Shown here: positions 1-9,228 of the stretch, one piece after another
How the letters are laid out: each line of letters begins with the position of its first letter
Numbering within the stretch: the first letter of the stretch is position 1
Origin: a virus
Length of the DNA stretch: 64,000 nt
Strand: one strand, 5' to 3'
Virus record (IMG/VR): IMGVR_UViG_3300048834_000128
Coordinates: 11,879 to 75,878 of that record
Notes under the pieces: model-generated
The model's input: only the letters and a program-made list of their open reading frames with translations
Databases searched by the model: none
What the model was told of the DNA's origin: nothing
Made by a program: the position numbers and the translations under genes

Positions 1-101
1 GTTTTATTGCAACCCGAAGAACACAGAACATTCAATGGCAAACAAGAATATTGGTGGTTTTCTAAGGCGTTAGTACATGCAATCATAAGAAATCAGGAAA
101 T

Positions 102-413
102 ATGAAACAATTAACACTCGCACTCCTGCTGCTGACATTCGCGGTGGGCTGCAAAAAGGAACCCTATGAGAAGAAGATCCGAAAAGTCGAGATATCATTC
201 TCCGAAAGCATCAAGTATAAGGCGTATATGTCGGGATGGACTCTGAATTGCTCGAAAGATACGAGGACATTGTACATGAAGTCGGGAGAATCGCTTATCT
301 TCGACGTGACCACCTGCAATACCCCCAACGTATCGGTAAAGGTCATGTGTGCGGGGAAGAACCTCTATGAGAGATACAACGGAACCCATAATGTTAATGT
401 AACCATACCATGA
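102..413 (+). CDS. Small lipoprotein
   Basis: Hydrophobic signal with lipobox AVGC. Confidence 0.6.
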   Translation: MKQLTLALLLLTFAVGCKKEPYEKKIRKVEISFSESIKYKAYMSGWTLNCSKDTRTLYMKSGESLIFDVTTCNTPNVSVKVMCAGKNLYERYNGTHNVNVTIP

Positions 414-640
414 CATTCATAGAAGCAAGAGATAAATCATTGAAAGTGGAGTGGGAAGTTCTGCCGTGCCCGATGGGAGAGGATTGTTGGTGCAGGATAA
501 TAGCACCGAAGTCGCCTCTGAGATACACCGAACATGGAATCAGTGAGAACTACTTCATAATCACAAGCGGTCAGATGGATACGGCAACCGCAGAACATTT
601 GGTAAGGTTGCATAATGAAAGTTTAAATGTAAATGCTTAG
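410..640 (+). CDS. Hypothetical phage protein
   Basis: ATGA overlap with the upstream gene; CxxxxxCWC motif. Confidence 0.55.
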   Translation: MTFIEARDKSLKVEWEVLPCPMGEDCWCRIIAPKSPLRYTEHGISENYFIITSGQMDTATAEHLVRLHNESLNVNA

Positions 641-1082
641 ACAGAAAACCACCTCATCGACCTTCATAGAGTACAAACTCCAAGCAGCGATATGTAAGTA
701 TCTGCTATCTCAGTATCCTCATGTCATGTTCTCGAGCGATACCATATCCAATGTTAAGTTGAGCGGACCACAAAAACTTCGCAACTCCAAACTTCAACAC
801 CCCGACTTCTCAGTTCCAGACCTTGCAATCTACCACCCTACCAATACATACCATGGTCTGTTTTTGGAACTCAAGGCGGCAAATCCATATACGTTGAGCG
901 GAACTTTGAAGAAGATGATGAAGAAAAGATTGGATAGGAACGGAAACGTGATAGAGGTATATGACCATTACGCAGAGCAGGATAGGAGTCTTAGAAGATT
1001 GAGAAACCTCGGGTACAAGGCGGAGTTCTGTTGGGAACTCGATGACGCTATTAAGATTATTAAGGAATATTTGAAATCATGA
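633..1082 (+). CDS. VRR-NUC family PD-(D/E)XK nuclease, putative resolvase
   Basis: E..LQ, VPDL, GLFLELK and LRNLGYKAEFC motifs. Confidence 0.8.
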   Translation: MLRQKTTSSTFIEYKLQAAICKYLLSQYPHVMFSSDTISNVKLSGPQKLRNSKLQHPDFSVPDLAIYHPTNTYHGLFLELKAANPYTLSGTLKKMMKKRLDRNGNVIEVYDHYAEQDRSLRRLRNLGYKAEFCWELDDAIKIIKEYLKS

Positions 1083-1243
1083 GAGAAAAATTAATTAAAA
1101 AACTTTGGAAACAGAGTAAATTCAAAACAAGTGCAATCTTAATACAAGGTATTGGCATATTGCAATTTCAATCATTTTGGGATAAAGAAAGACCTCAAAG
1201 GTTAAAGGAAATATTTAAAGATTACAACTTAGCAGGATTTTAA
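1079..1243 (+). CDS. Small hypothetical protein (54 aa, not in ORF track)
   Basis: ATGA overlap upstream and TAATG overlap downstream; MREKLIKKLWKQ... Confidence 0.45.
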   Translation: MREKLIKKLWKQSKFKTSAILIQGIGILQFQSFWDKERPQRLKEIFKDYNLAGF

Positions 1244-1830
1244 TGCTATTCACCGACCTAAAGAAACTCGTATCAGACAATCCAGACAATGATTGGGAGG
1301 AACTCCACTCCTATGCCAAGAAGTTAGGTTTGGGTGGTCGTGGATGCGAATGTATGTCGGGAGAACTGCCCTACTATAATGTCGGATACAAGATGTATTC
1401 CAAGCAAATTCAAGCGGACTCTATCCTCGTCATACCCAAACACAATCTTCTGATATATCTCAAGCACGGAAAGAAGCCCAAGATGAACGTCGTGCCAAAC
1501 TACAAACTTCTGTTGGCAAGAAACCATTTCAAGGAAACCGTGCGTGACATCGAAGCAATCAACGGAATAGAATACCCAAACGTCTACGAAAAATACGAAG
1601 GTTCCATGAGTAAGGTAAGCGTCAAGTGGTACAAGGATGAGGAGGAGTTCTATCTCGAGTTCTCCCAAAAGCACCCCGAAGGATACGGGTACTACAAGAA
1701 CGGAGAAGTATCCAAGGATGTCCTCATACCCAAATTTACAAGGGAGTGGTTCTACTCCAAGGCAGTTCCCGTACCACATAAACAGGCGATGTCTTTGATA
1801 TATCGAGAAAAAAACAAACCTTTGCGGTAG
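1243..1830 (+). CDS. Hypothetical phage protein
   Basis: 195-aa ORF coupled to the upstream ORF. Confidence 0.6.
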   Translation: MLFTDLKKLVSDNPDNDWEELHSYAKKLGLGGRGCECMSGELPYYNVGYKMYSKQIQADSILVIPKHNLLIYLKHGKKPKMNVVPNYKLLLARNHFKETVRDIEAINGIEYPNVYEKYEGSMSKVSVKWYKDEEEFYLEFSQKHPEGYGYYKNGEVSKDVLIPKFTREWFYSKAVPVPHKQAMSLIYREKNKPLR

Positions 1831-1852
1831 ATAACCATTAAATAAAATATAT

Positions 1853-2224
1853 ATGACAGAAGAATTAGTATCACATCCGAACTTCCACCAAGCGTTTAGT
1901 ATCGCTATCGTGTGTCACCAAGCAAATAAGGCATGGTGCGAACAAAACTCCGATAACTCCCAAAAGGATTGGGTAGAAGCGGAAGAGTGGCAAAGGGATT
2001 CTGCCGTTAAAGGGGTGTTGTTCAAGATGGACAACCCTAATGCAGGACATGACGCTCAGCACAATTCATGGATGGCTGAAAAAATCGCCGATGGATGGGT
2101 GTATGGAGAAACAAAGGATGCGGAAGCAAAAACCCACCCTTGTATCGTACCATTCGACCAATTGCCCTTATTTCAACAGAAGAAAGATGCACTATTCTGT
2201 GCTATCGTAGACGCTTTGAAATAA
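1853..2224 (+). CDS. Stand-alone RyR-domain protein
   Basis: HNSWMAEKIADGWVYGETKDAEAKTHPCIVPFDQLP...KD matches the RyR repeat signature. Confidence 0.85.
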   Translation: MTEELVSHPNFHQAFSIAIVCHQANKAWCEQNSDNSQKDWVEAEEWQRDSAVKGVLFKMDNPNAGHDAQHNSWMAEKIADGWVYGETKDAEAKTHPCIVPFDQLPLFQQKKDALFCAIVDALK

Positions 2225-2280
2225 CCCTCTACGTTGTGGGTGAATCACGTTAAACCCTCGTTTTTTTTCAAACAAACAAT

Positions 2281-2955
2281 ATGGAATTTACACCCGATGA
2301 CTTCAAGCGGATGATGTTCAACGTCTTTGAAGCGGATATGGACAAACCCTTCATACATCAGTTCCCCGAACTCGCACTCTACGATGAGTTCCGAGAAAAC
2401 CTCCCTCAACTCGATAGAAATACAATAATCAAATACATCTGCTATGTCTATGACAAGAACTCCCCTTACAGAGTAAAATACAAGGACTTGACCCAAAGGA
2501 AGGTTCGTGCCATGCTCGATGCGGGATACGGACTCAACGACAAGCAGGAGTTCGAGAAACCCGTAGAAGATGTCATCCAAGGAAGGGACTATAAAGCCGC
2601 AGACATGGCGGTAGCCTTCATCAAACTGCATTGTGACCTCGAATACTCACACGTGATACTTCTTGAAGCGATGTATTTCCGTGCAATGAAGAATGTCTTT
2701 TTAGGCAACTCTGAGAAAATCAAGGAACTCAACGAAATCAAGGAATCATACACCAAGGCTCAGAACGACCTCGTTTCCAACGACCAAACCAAGGCAATGA
2801 TGCAGTCGCTCTACAAATCCATCAATCGGGACAGGATAAAACTATCTCCCGAAGATATCGCCACCTCAATAAAGGACAAAGGCGTGGAAACTACCGTAGC
2901 GGAACTGAGCGATGACGAATTTGAAGCAATGGATATGCCCGAAGATGATGAATAA
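2281..2955 (+). CDS. Putative terminase small subunit
   Basis: Helical protein directly upstream of and overlapping TerL; call is positional. Confidence 0.45.
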   Translation: MEFTPDDFKRMMFNVFEADMDKPFIHQFPELALYDEFRENLPQLDRNTIIKYICYVYDKNSPYRVKYKDLTQRKVRAMLDAGYGLNDKQEFEKPVEDVIQGRDYKAADMAVAFIKLHCDLEYSHVILLEAMYFRAMKNVFLGNSEKIKELNEIKESYTKAQNDLVSNDQTKAMMQSLYKSINRDRIKLSPEDIATSIKDKGVETTVAELSDDEFEAMDMPEDDE

Positions 2956-5134
2956 CAAGGATATCAAGTACAAGAACATTCCCAAGTCGATACTCCTTCA
3001 ATATTCTGACGGAGAAACATTCATAGACTTCAATCTCGAAGACCCCGACCTCGATACCATCAGAGTCCCCCTGCCTAAAACACCACGTTGGGATAAGATT
3101 GACAACTTCGGACTACCTGCCGTCGAGCAGAAATTCAACATTCAGCAGATTCCGGCAAAGATTATAGAACTGCAGGAGGAACAGAACGAAAAAGGAGAAT
3201 TTCTCACCCAGGAGGAGATTTGGGATAAGATTGAAACCAACATCGACTATTACAAGGATGAAATCAAGTACATAAAGGCTCAGTGGAAACACATACTTGA
3301 AGGATATTGGTTCTTTAACAACGGAAAGGCGACCTATATCGACGGGTGGCACTATGCCTATCTAAACTTCTTTGAACTCGATATCGGACTGCCTGAGTAC
3401 CGTGACCGTGACAGACGATTCTTTCACTTTGCGAGATTCTGCAAACTCGACCCTTCATGCTTCGGATTCATATACCCCAAACACCGACGTGAAGGGGCTA
3501 CCTATAAGACGAGTTGCATACACTACTTCATCATCAGCCTACTCATAAGGGCGAGGGGCGGTATTCAATCCATGACGGACGATAGCGGACGTGACGTATT
3601 TCAGAAGCACGTTATTGATCCGTGGAGTCAGATGCCGTTCTTCCTAAAGCCGAATCATGACGGAGGTGACAACCCGAAAGCAAAACTCAGGTTCTATCCA
3701 TCGGCTTCAAGAGGTAAGATTGGAATAAAGAGAAGGTCGAACAAGTCATTGAGAAGTGAGATTGAGTATCGTGCCAGTGGCGAACTTGCATTTGACGGAA
3801 CAAAATTATTCTTCTACCACCATGAGGAGGTCGGCAAAACCAAAGATGTAGACATCAATAAGCGTTGGGAGGTCGTACAACTGACCCTATCCACGGGAGG
3901 AAACTCAAAGGTTCACGGGTTCTCGATACATACTTCTACCGTCGGAGAAATGGATGCGGGAGGCGGTCAGCAGTTCCGAGAACTATGCGACTCAAGCATG
4001 TGGGGACAACGGAACGCAAACGGACAGACCGCTTCTGGACTCTATATCCTATTCATACCTGCATGGGACGGACTTGAAGGATTTGTCGACGAATATGGAA
4101 TGTCCGTAATAGATACCCCTACTCAGCAGCAGTCGGACTTCATAGGGAAGAAAATCGGTGCAAGACAATTCATAGAGAACACCCTTGAACACTTGAAGAC
4201 ACTCCCTAAGAAAGACAAACTGCTTCAGTTCCAACGTGAACACCCGACGACTTTCAGAGGGTGTTTCAGGTCGAACATCAAGTCACCATTCTTCAATATG
4301 CAGAAACTTGAGGAACGCATGGACGAACTCAGGGTTGACAGAACCGCCGTAATCCACGGGGATTTCAAATGGAAGAACGGAGTAAGGTTCGGAACGGTCA
4401 TATTTGAAGAACACGAAAATGGCAGGTTCAGATTATCTAAACGACTCGACTCGTCGGAATCAAACAAGATTACATGGGACTCATCACTTGAGAGTTGGAC
4501 AGCCCACAACGTCTACTATTGTGCAGGTGCCGACCCATATCGTTCAGACAAAACCAAGAGCTCCAAGCAGTCATTGGGAGGAGGTGCGGTCTATTGGGGG
4601 CACGATATAAGAAAAGACCCTTTCGAGAAACCGATTGATGATTGGGAGTCGGCAAGATTCATTTGCACCTACCTTTACAGACCTCCCACTACCGACGACT
4701 TCTGTGAGGATATGCTCATGATGTGCTGGTACTACGGATGCCCGATGTATCCCGAAACCAACGTCGAGAAGGTAAGGGAGTACTTCACAAGGAACGATTG
4801 CGAGTTCATGCTCGTACACCAATACAAGAAAGGCAAATACGACGAGCAAGGTGGTCAGCAGACCGATGAAAGAACCAAACAGAGGATATTTCAACTTCTT
4901 CAGATACAAGTGGAAAGGCACTGCCATAGGGAACGTCACAACGACCTTCTCAATCAGATTTACGAGATTAAGGGAGTAGACGACATGACTAACTATGACC
5001 TATTTACCGCAGCAGGTTATGCAATGCTCGGGGCGGACAACTATCTCGACGACCTTAACAAGGAAGTGCAGAATACCAAACCCGACGGAGGTAATCCAAT
5101 GCAGGACTACTACGGAAGGTTTTTCGGCAAGTAA
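2912..5134 (+). CDS. terL: Terminase large subunit, crAss-like (true start probably about 2945-2948)
   Basis: Walker A-like KHRREGAT, Walker B-like FFYHHEEVGK, TSTVG, RNase H-like GADPY and YPETN. Confidence 0.9.
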   Translation: MTNLKQWICPKMMNNKDIKYKNIPKSILLQYSDGETFIDFNLEDPDLDTIRVPLPKTPRWDKIDNFGLPAVEQKFNIQQIPAKIIELQEEQNEKGEFLTQEEIWDKIETNIDYYKDEIKYIKAQWKHILEGYWFFNNGKATYIDGWHYAYLNFFELDIGLPEYRDRDRRFFHFARFCKLDPSCFGFIYPKHRREGATYKTSCIHYFIISLLIRARGGIQSMTDDSGRDVFQKHVIDPWSQMPFFLKPNHDGGDNPKAKLRFYPSASRGKIGIKRRSNKSLRSEIEYRASGELAFDGTKLFFYHHEEVGKTKDVDINKRWEVVQLTLSTGGNSKVHGFSIHTSTVGEMDAGGGQQFRELCDSSMWGQRNANGQTASGLYILFIPAWDGLEGFVDEYGMSVIDTPTQQQSDFIGKKIGARQFIENTLEHLKTLPKKDKLLQFQREHPTTFRGCFRSNIKSPFFNMQKLEERMDELRVDRTAVIHGDFKWKNGVRFGTVIFEEHENGRFRLSKRLDSSESNKITWDSSLESWTAHNVYYCAGADPYRSDKTKSSKQSLGGGAVYWGHDIRKDPFEKPIDDWESARFICTYLYRPPTTDDFCEDMLMMCWYYGCPMYPETNVEKVREYFTRNDCEFMLVHQYKKGKYDEQGGQQTDERTKQRIFQLLQIQVERHCHRERHNDLLNQIYEIKGVDDMTNYDLFTAAGYAMLGADNYLDDLNKEVQNTKPDGGNPMQDYYGRFFGK

Positions 5135-5162
5135 CAACATACCGACGTAAACCTTAACTTTG
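5132..5162 (+). promoter_or_regulatory. Putative late promoter (portal)
   Basis: TAACAAC-N16-TAACTTTG. Confidence 0.7.
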
Positions 5163-5181
5163 TAGCAATTCATATCTGACG

Positions 5182-7677
5182 ATGAACCTTAATGCACCAA
5201 CTGCCGACGGACAAGGCATATACGGATTTCCGAGACACGACGTTCCTCCCGCAACCAAACTCAAGAAGGAATGGAATATCCAATACTGCCAAGCGATACA
5301 TTACCTTTATAGGAACGGACTTGCGGGGATAAACTTCTCCGATGTAAACCTTTTCGCACGTTACAGACAATACGGAAGCGGTGTGCAGGACCCCTATCAG
5401 TACATGGACCGACTCGGTATCAATCACCCAAGCGTGCCGACACTGCCCAATCAGCAGACCGTCGCACAAGGTGAATTAGGTCCTGGAAGTCAGCCTTCCG
5501 ACCACGCAAGAAAGGGTTGGATGGACATTAACTTTGAAATCCTATCGGTAGCACCCAACTTCAAGAACATAGTACTCGGAATGTTCGAGGAAATCGAACA
5601 TGACATTTACGCTGACGGAGTTGATGACAAGTCTTCTACCGAACGTGAGATGATGAAATGGGCGTTATGGGTAGAGAAGGAGATGCAGGGATATATGGCA
5701 CAGATGGAGGAAGCGGCGGATATCAAGATACCGAGGTCAAACTATGTGCCCGAAACCATGCAGGAACTTGAAATGTTCTCCTCACTCGGAGGATTCAAAC
5801 TCAGAAGCGAGATAAGCATTGAAGCGGCAATCAAGTACACCATGGATATTTCCGAAATGAAGGAGATAAAGCGTAAGGTCATTCAGGACTTATTTGAACT
5901 CGGAGTCGCATGCACAAAGGACTATCTCGACCCCGACACTCAGAAAGTCAAGGTGAGATACTGCGACCCCGCACTCATGGTTCTTCCATACACCAATCAG
6001 GATGAATTTACAAACATGCCGTTCGCAGGGGAGTACACCTTCTATACCATCGCTCAGATGCGTTCGCTCGTGGACGAGAACGGAAAGCAATGTTTCACAA
6101 ACGACGAACTTGAGATAATCGCAAAAAGCGTACTCAATCAGTTCTCAAATCCTCAGACATTCTCGAACTGGACCATAGACCCCGTTACGGGATGGTATCT
6201 TTGGGATAATTTCAGGGTATGCGTACTTGACTGCGAGTTCAAATCCGATGACTACAAATACATTACCGAACGTGTAAACAATGAGGGCGAAACCGTCGTA
6301 CATGAAGACGAGTTCGGACGTGTCAAGAATAGCGACAAACGCAAGACCCACGTCACCAAGACCCTAATGGTCTACAAATGCAAGTGGATAGTGGGTACGG
6401 TATATGCTTGGGATTACGGACATCAGTTCAACGTGCCAAGACCTACGCCTTCTCAGGCAAACCTTAGTTTCCACGCCTACAAGATGAAGGCAGGTTCCTA
6501 TGTCAAGAGAATGATTCCGCTATTGGATTCGATTCAACTTGCATGGTTGAGACTTCAGAACCTTATCGCCAAGGCAGCACCTCCCGGACTTGCAATCGAG
6601 GTAGGTTCACTCAATAACGTGACGGTCGGAAATCAGAAACTCAATACCCTTGACATTCTAAAAATCAGATCCATTACCGGAGATTTGCTATATCAGGTCG
6701 GAACCCACAGGTCATATATGCCGACCGCCACCAATTACAAACCTATTCAGGAGTTGCAGGGTGGGGTAGGAGGACAGATGCAGGAGATTTTCTTCCTTAT
6801 CAACTCAAATATCGAGATGATTAGGCAGATTATCGGAATAAACAGGGTTGCCGACGGAAGTTCACCGACTGCCGACCAATTGGTAGGGGTAACGGAACTT
6901 TCTATGCAGGCTGCACAGAACACCCTCAAACCGTTATATTATTCGTATCTCACAATTAAAGAGAGGTTGTGCCGAAATGTTGCACAGAGAATACAACTGA
7001 TTGTCAAACACAACGGAATGTATGAATTGTCCTATTATAAGGCGTTGGGTAAGAATATTACCGAAACGCTCAAGATAGGTGCCGAGGTCAACAATGCCAT
7101 GTTTGGAATAAGGATAGAGGCAAGACCCGACGCAGGGGAGAAGCAAATCATACTTCAGGCTGCACAACAGGCGATGTCGGTTGGTAGGCAAGGTGTCCCG
7201 ATGATAAGCATGAGTGACTATCTTATGATAAACTCATTTTTGCAGAGAGGGATGCTCAAATTCGCACAGGCATACCTTGCCCATAAGGAACAGCAGACAA
7301 TCAAACGTCAGGAAGAACAGCAACAGGCGGCAATCGAAGCACAGGGTCAGCAGAACATGATGCTTGAACAGACAAAGGCACAGCAACAGCAGCAGTTAAT
7401 AGAATTGCAGAATAATCAGCTGATGTTACAGGAGAATGAGAAACGCAAGACTCTGATGCTCCAGGAAGAAGAAAAGCGGAAGACAATCCAATTACAAGGT
7501 AGTCTAAAGATGAATGAAATCCGACTGACCAAAGGGCTGGACCTTGAGAACGACATCATCACAAAAGGAATGGAAATCGAGCAGCAGGACAAGGAACTTG
7601 AGGTTCACGAAGAACTTGAGGAGAAGAAAATCAAGGCTATAAAGGATAAACCGACACCAACAACACCAAAGAAATGA
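5182..7677 (+). CDS. Portal protein, crAss-like
   Basis: 831 aa following TerL; IRQIIGINRVADGS motif; Q-rich coiled-coil C-terminal barrel. Confidence 0.88.
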   Translation: MNLNAPTADGQGIYGFPRHDVPPATKLKKEWNIQYCQAIHYLYRNGLAGINFSDVNLFARYRQYGSGVQDPYQYMDRLGINHPSVPTLPNQQTVAQGELGPGSQPSDHARKGWMDINFEILSVAPNFKNIVLGMFEEIEHDIYADGVDDKSSTEREMMKWALWVEKEMQGYMAQMEEAADIKIPRSNYVPETMQELEMFSSLGGFKLRSEISIEAAIKYTMDISEMKEIKRKVIQDLFELGVACTKDYLDPDTQKVKVRYCDPALMVLPYTNQDEFTNMPFAGEYTFYTIAQMRSLVDENGKQCFTNDELEIIAKSVLNQFSNPQTFSNWTIDPVTGWYLWDNFRVCVLDCEFKSDDYKYITERVNNEGETVVHEDEFGRVKNSDKRKTHVTKTLMVYKCKWIVGTVYAWDYGHQFNVPRPTPSQANLSFHAYKMKAGSYVKRMIPLLDSIQLAWLRLQNLIAKAAPPGLAIEVGSLNNVTVGNQKLNTLDILKIRSITGDLLYQVGTHRSYMPTATNYKPIQELQGGVGGQMQEIFFLINSNIEMIRQIIGINRVADGSSPTADQLVGVTELSMQAAQNTLKPLYYSYLTIKERLCRNVAQRIQLIVKHNGMYELSYYKALGKNITETLKIGAEVNNAMFGIRIEARPDAGEKQIILQAAQQAMSVGRQGVPMISMSDYLMINSFLQRGMLKFAQAYLAHKEQQTIKRQEEQQQAAIEAQGQQNMMLEQTKAQQQQQLIELQNNQLMLQENEKRKTLMLQEEEKRKTIQLQGSLKMNEIRLTKGLDLENDIITKGMEIEQQDKELEVHEELEEKKIKAIKDKPTPTTPKK

Positions 7678-7880
7678 AGCATATAATCACCATTGCGGAC
7701 AAGATTCGCGAAAACGGACACCAGATAGTCGTGTCTAAGAAAGAGAAGGAGGTAAGACTCTATCTCGGGAATGATAAGAAGCAGGTCATATTATCGGTAG
7801 AAGGGGAACTCACCACCGAACAGAAGGAAGCACTTCACTATTATTTAGTCACCAATCTGAACCCTGCAAAAGAAAGTTAG
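7674..7880 (+). CDS. Hypothetical protein
   Basis: ATGA overlap with the portal stop. Confidence 0.5.
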   Translation: MKHIITIADKIRENGHQIVVSKKEKEVRLYLGNDKKQVILSVEGELTTEQKEALHYYLVTNLNPAKES

Positions 7881-7916
7881 AACAGTTCTTACTTGTGTAT
7901 TTATAAAGTGTGTACT

Positions 7917-7949
7917 AATCCTCGGGAATAAAATCTCGGGGATTTTTTT
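7917..7949 (+). terminator. Intrinsic terminator
   Basis: AATCCTCGGGA-loop-TCTCGGGGATT followed by a T tract. Confidence 0.75.
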
Positions 7950-7956
7950 AAATAAA

Positions 7957-7988
7957 TTTGGCAATTACAATACGATGTAATACATTTG
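7957..7988 (+). promoter_or_regulatory. Bacteroidota sigmaA-type promoter with TAC-N3-GTA palindrome
   Basis: TTTG-N20-TACATTTG; TACGATGTA at 7971-7979. Confidence 0.75.
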
Positions 7989-8083
7989 CCATAGATAACC
8001 ACGTTTTTAACATATTCTGAGAATTAGAGTATTTTTCATTTTAGACTGCCCTCTTTCATCGGAGGGCTTTCTATTGAACAACA

Positions 8084-8419
8084 ATGGGCATGAAGACAAA
8101 AGAACAAGCAATAGAAGAAAGATTCGACCGATTCTTGGAAGAAAACGGATTCGAGTTCGATGTCAAGAAGGTGGCAAGCAGCCATTACAGACTATTGAGC
8201 GAAATGGGAGAAAAGATGTTTGACGTCTATCCTAAGAGCGGAAAGGTGTTCACCTTCGATACCCATAAGTACCATGACCTGAAAACCTTTGAGAACGCAC
8301 TCTTGTTTGTAAGCGATATGATGAATGGTGTCAAAAGGGATTACGATTCGGCTATGATTAAGCAATGCGTCGAATTTCTAAGAAAAAGAGGTTATACGAT
8401 AATCGAACCGAAAAAATAA
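8084..8419 (+). CDS. Hypothetical protein
   Basis: 111-aa ORF with an A-rich start region. Confidence 0.6.
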   Translation: MGMKTKEQAIEERFDRFLEENGFEFDVKKVASSHYRLLSEMGEKMFDVYPKSGKVFTFDTHKYHDLKTFENALLFVSDMMNGVKRDYDSAMIKQCVEFLRKRGYTIIEPKK

Positions 8420-8450
8420 TTTGGAAATTAAAAAATCATTCCTATATTTG
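8420..8450 (+). promoter_or_regulatory. Bacteroidota sigmaA-type promoter
   Basis: TTTG-N19-TATATTTG. Confidence 0.75.
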
Positions 8451-8455
8451 CCCTC

Positions 8456-8880
8456 GTGTTTAGGGTATTAGACACAGATTACATAGAAAGTATTCAAATC
8501 CATAGAATATTCGGAAATGTCCTCGCTTAATACCCTAAGTGGGGCTTTTCTTTTTAAGTCAAGTCCTACACTCGGATATGATGTATGAGCCACAGGACGC
8601 GTTTAATCATATCTTAAAGCGGTAAAAGTATGCTGCGAACCGCAATCGGTTGACACACTCCGAAAGGGGCAGGGAGAGCCGAAGGACAGTGACAGGGTGT
8701 TCAATCGGAAACGATAGCCTTGACAGTCTCCCTTGCTAATGGATAAGAACATCACATTGGCTAATGCGAAACTCCCGACTTCTCAAGTCAATTATAAAAG
8801 CATTAGTGTCCAATCTCTTTATGTCTATTTATTTAGACGTTTAGGGAAGGGACACATTTTGCCGCTCATCAGCCCTCATT
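8456..8880 (+). ncRNA. Candidate structured RNA: loop-loop attenuator followed by a multi-stem domain
   Basis: No credible ORF; many complementary stems and GAAA tetraloops (see findings). Confidence 0.5.
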
Positions 8881-8924
8881 CTAAGTCAATTATATATTCT
8901 TACTATACTATATATACTATAATA

Positions 8925-9152
8925 ATGAAAATAAAAGTAAAAATTGTCAAAAAAAGCGATAATTCCGAAACGGAAGTCGAGATGACACCGAAGCAGTATA
9001 AACAATATTTTTCAAGTAAGTATGGTAAGGTTAAAAAACCAAAGAAGAAGCGACTGAAGAAATCTTTTACAGATGTAAAAACAGGTCGTGCTATCGGAGG
9101 AATTAAGAATATGAATGCTGAATTTAGGAGAAAAATGATGCTCGATGACTAA
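8925..9152 (+). CDS. Small basic protein (75 aa; start reassigned from 8733)
   Basis: ATG after an AT-rich start region; the upstream extension overlaps the structured RNA. Confidence 0.5.
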   Translation: MKIKVKIVKKSDNSETEVEMTPKQYKQYFSSKYGKVKKPKKKRLKKSFTDVKTGRAIGGIKNMNAEFRRKMMLDD

Positions 9153-9174
9153 AAAACACCCTAAAAGTCAGTCG

Positions 9175-9205
9175 TAACAACGTATTTTCTTTCTGTATAT
9201 ATTTG
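9175..9205 (+). promoter_or_regulatory. Putative late promoter (scaffold-capsid)
   Basis: TAACAAC-N16-TATATTTG. Confidence 0.7.
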
Positions 9206-9228
9206 CAGACAGATAATTACAGAATGTT

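Noticed and set aside
8733-8924. N-terminal 64 aa of ORF 8733-9152
   Set aside because: TTG start inside a structured, low-complexity region; ATG 8925 is a better start.
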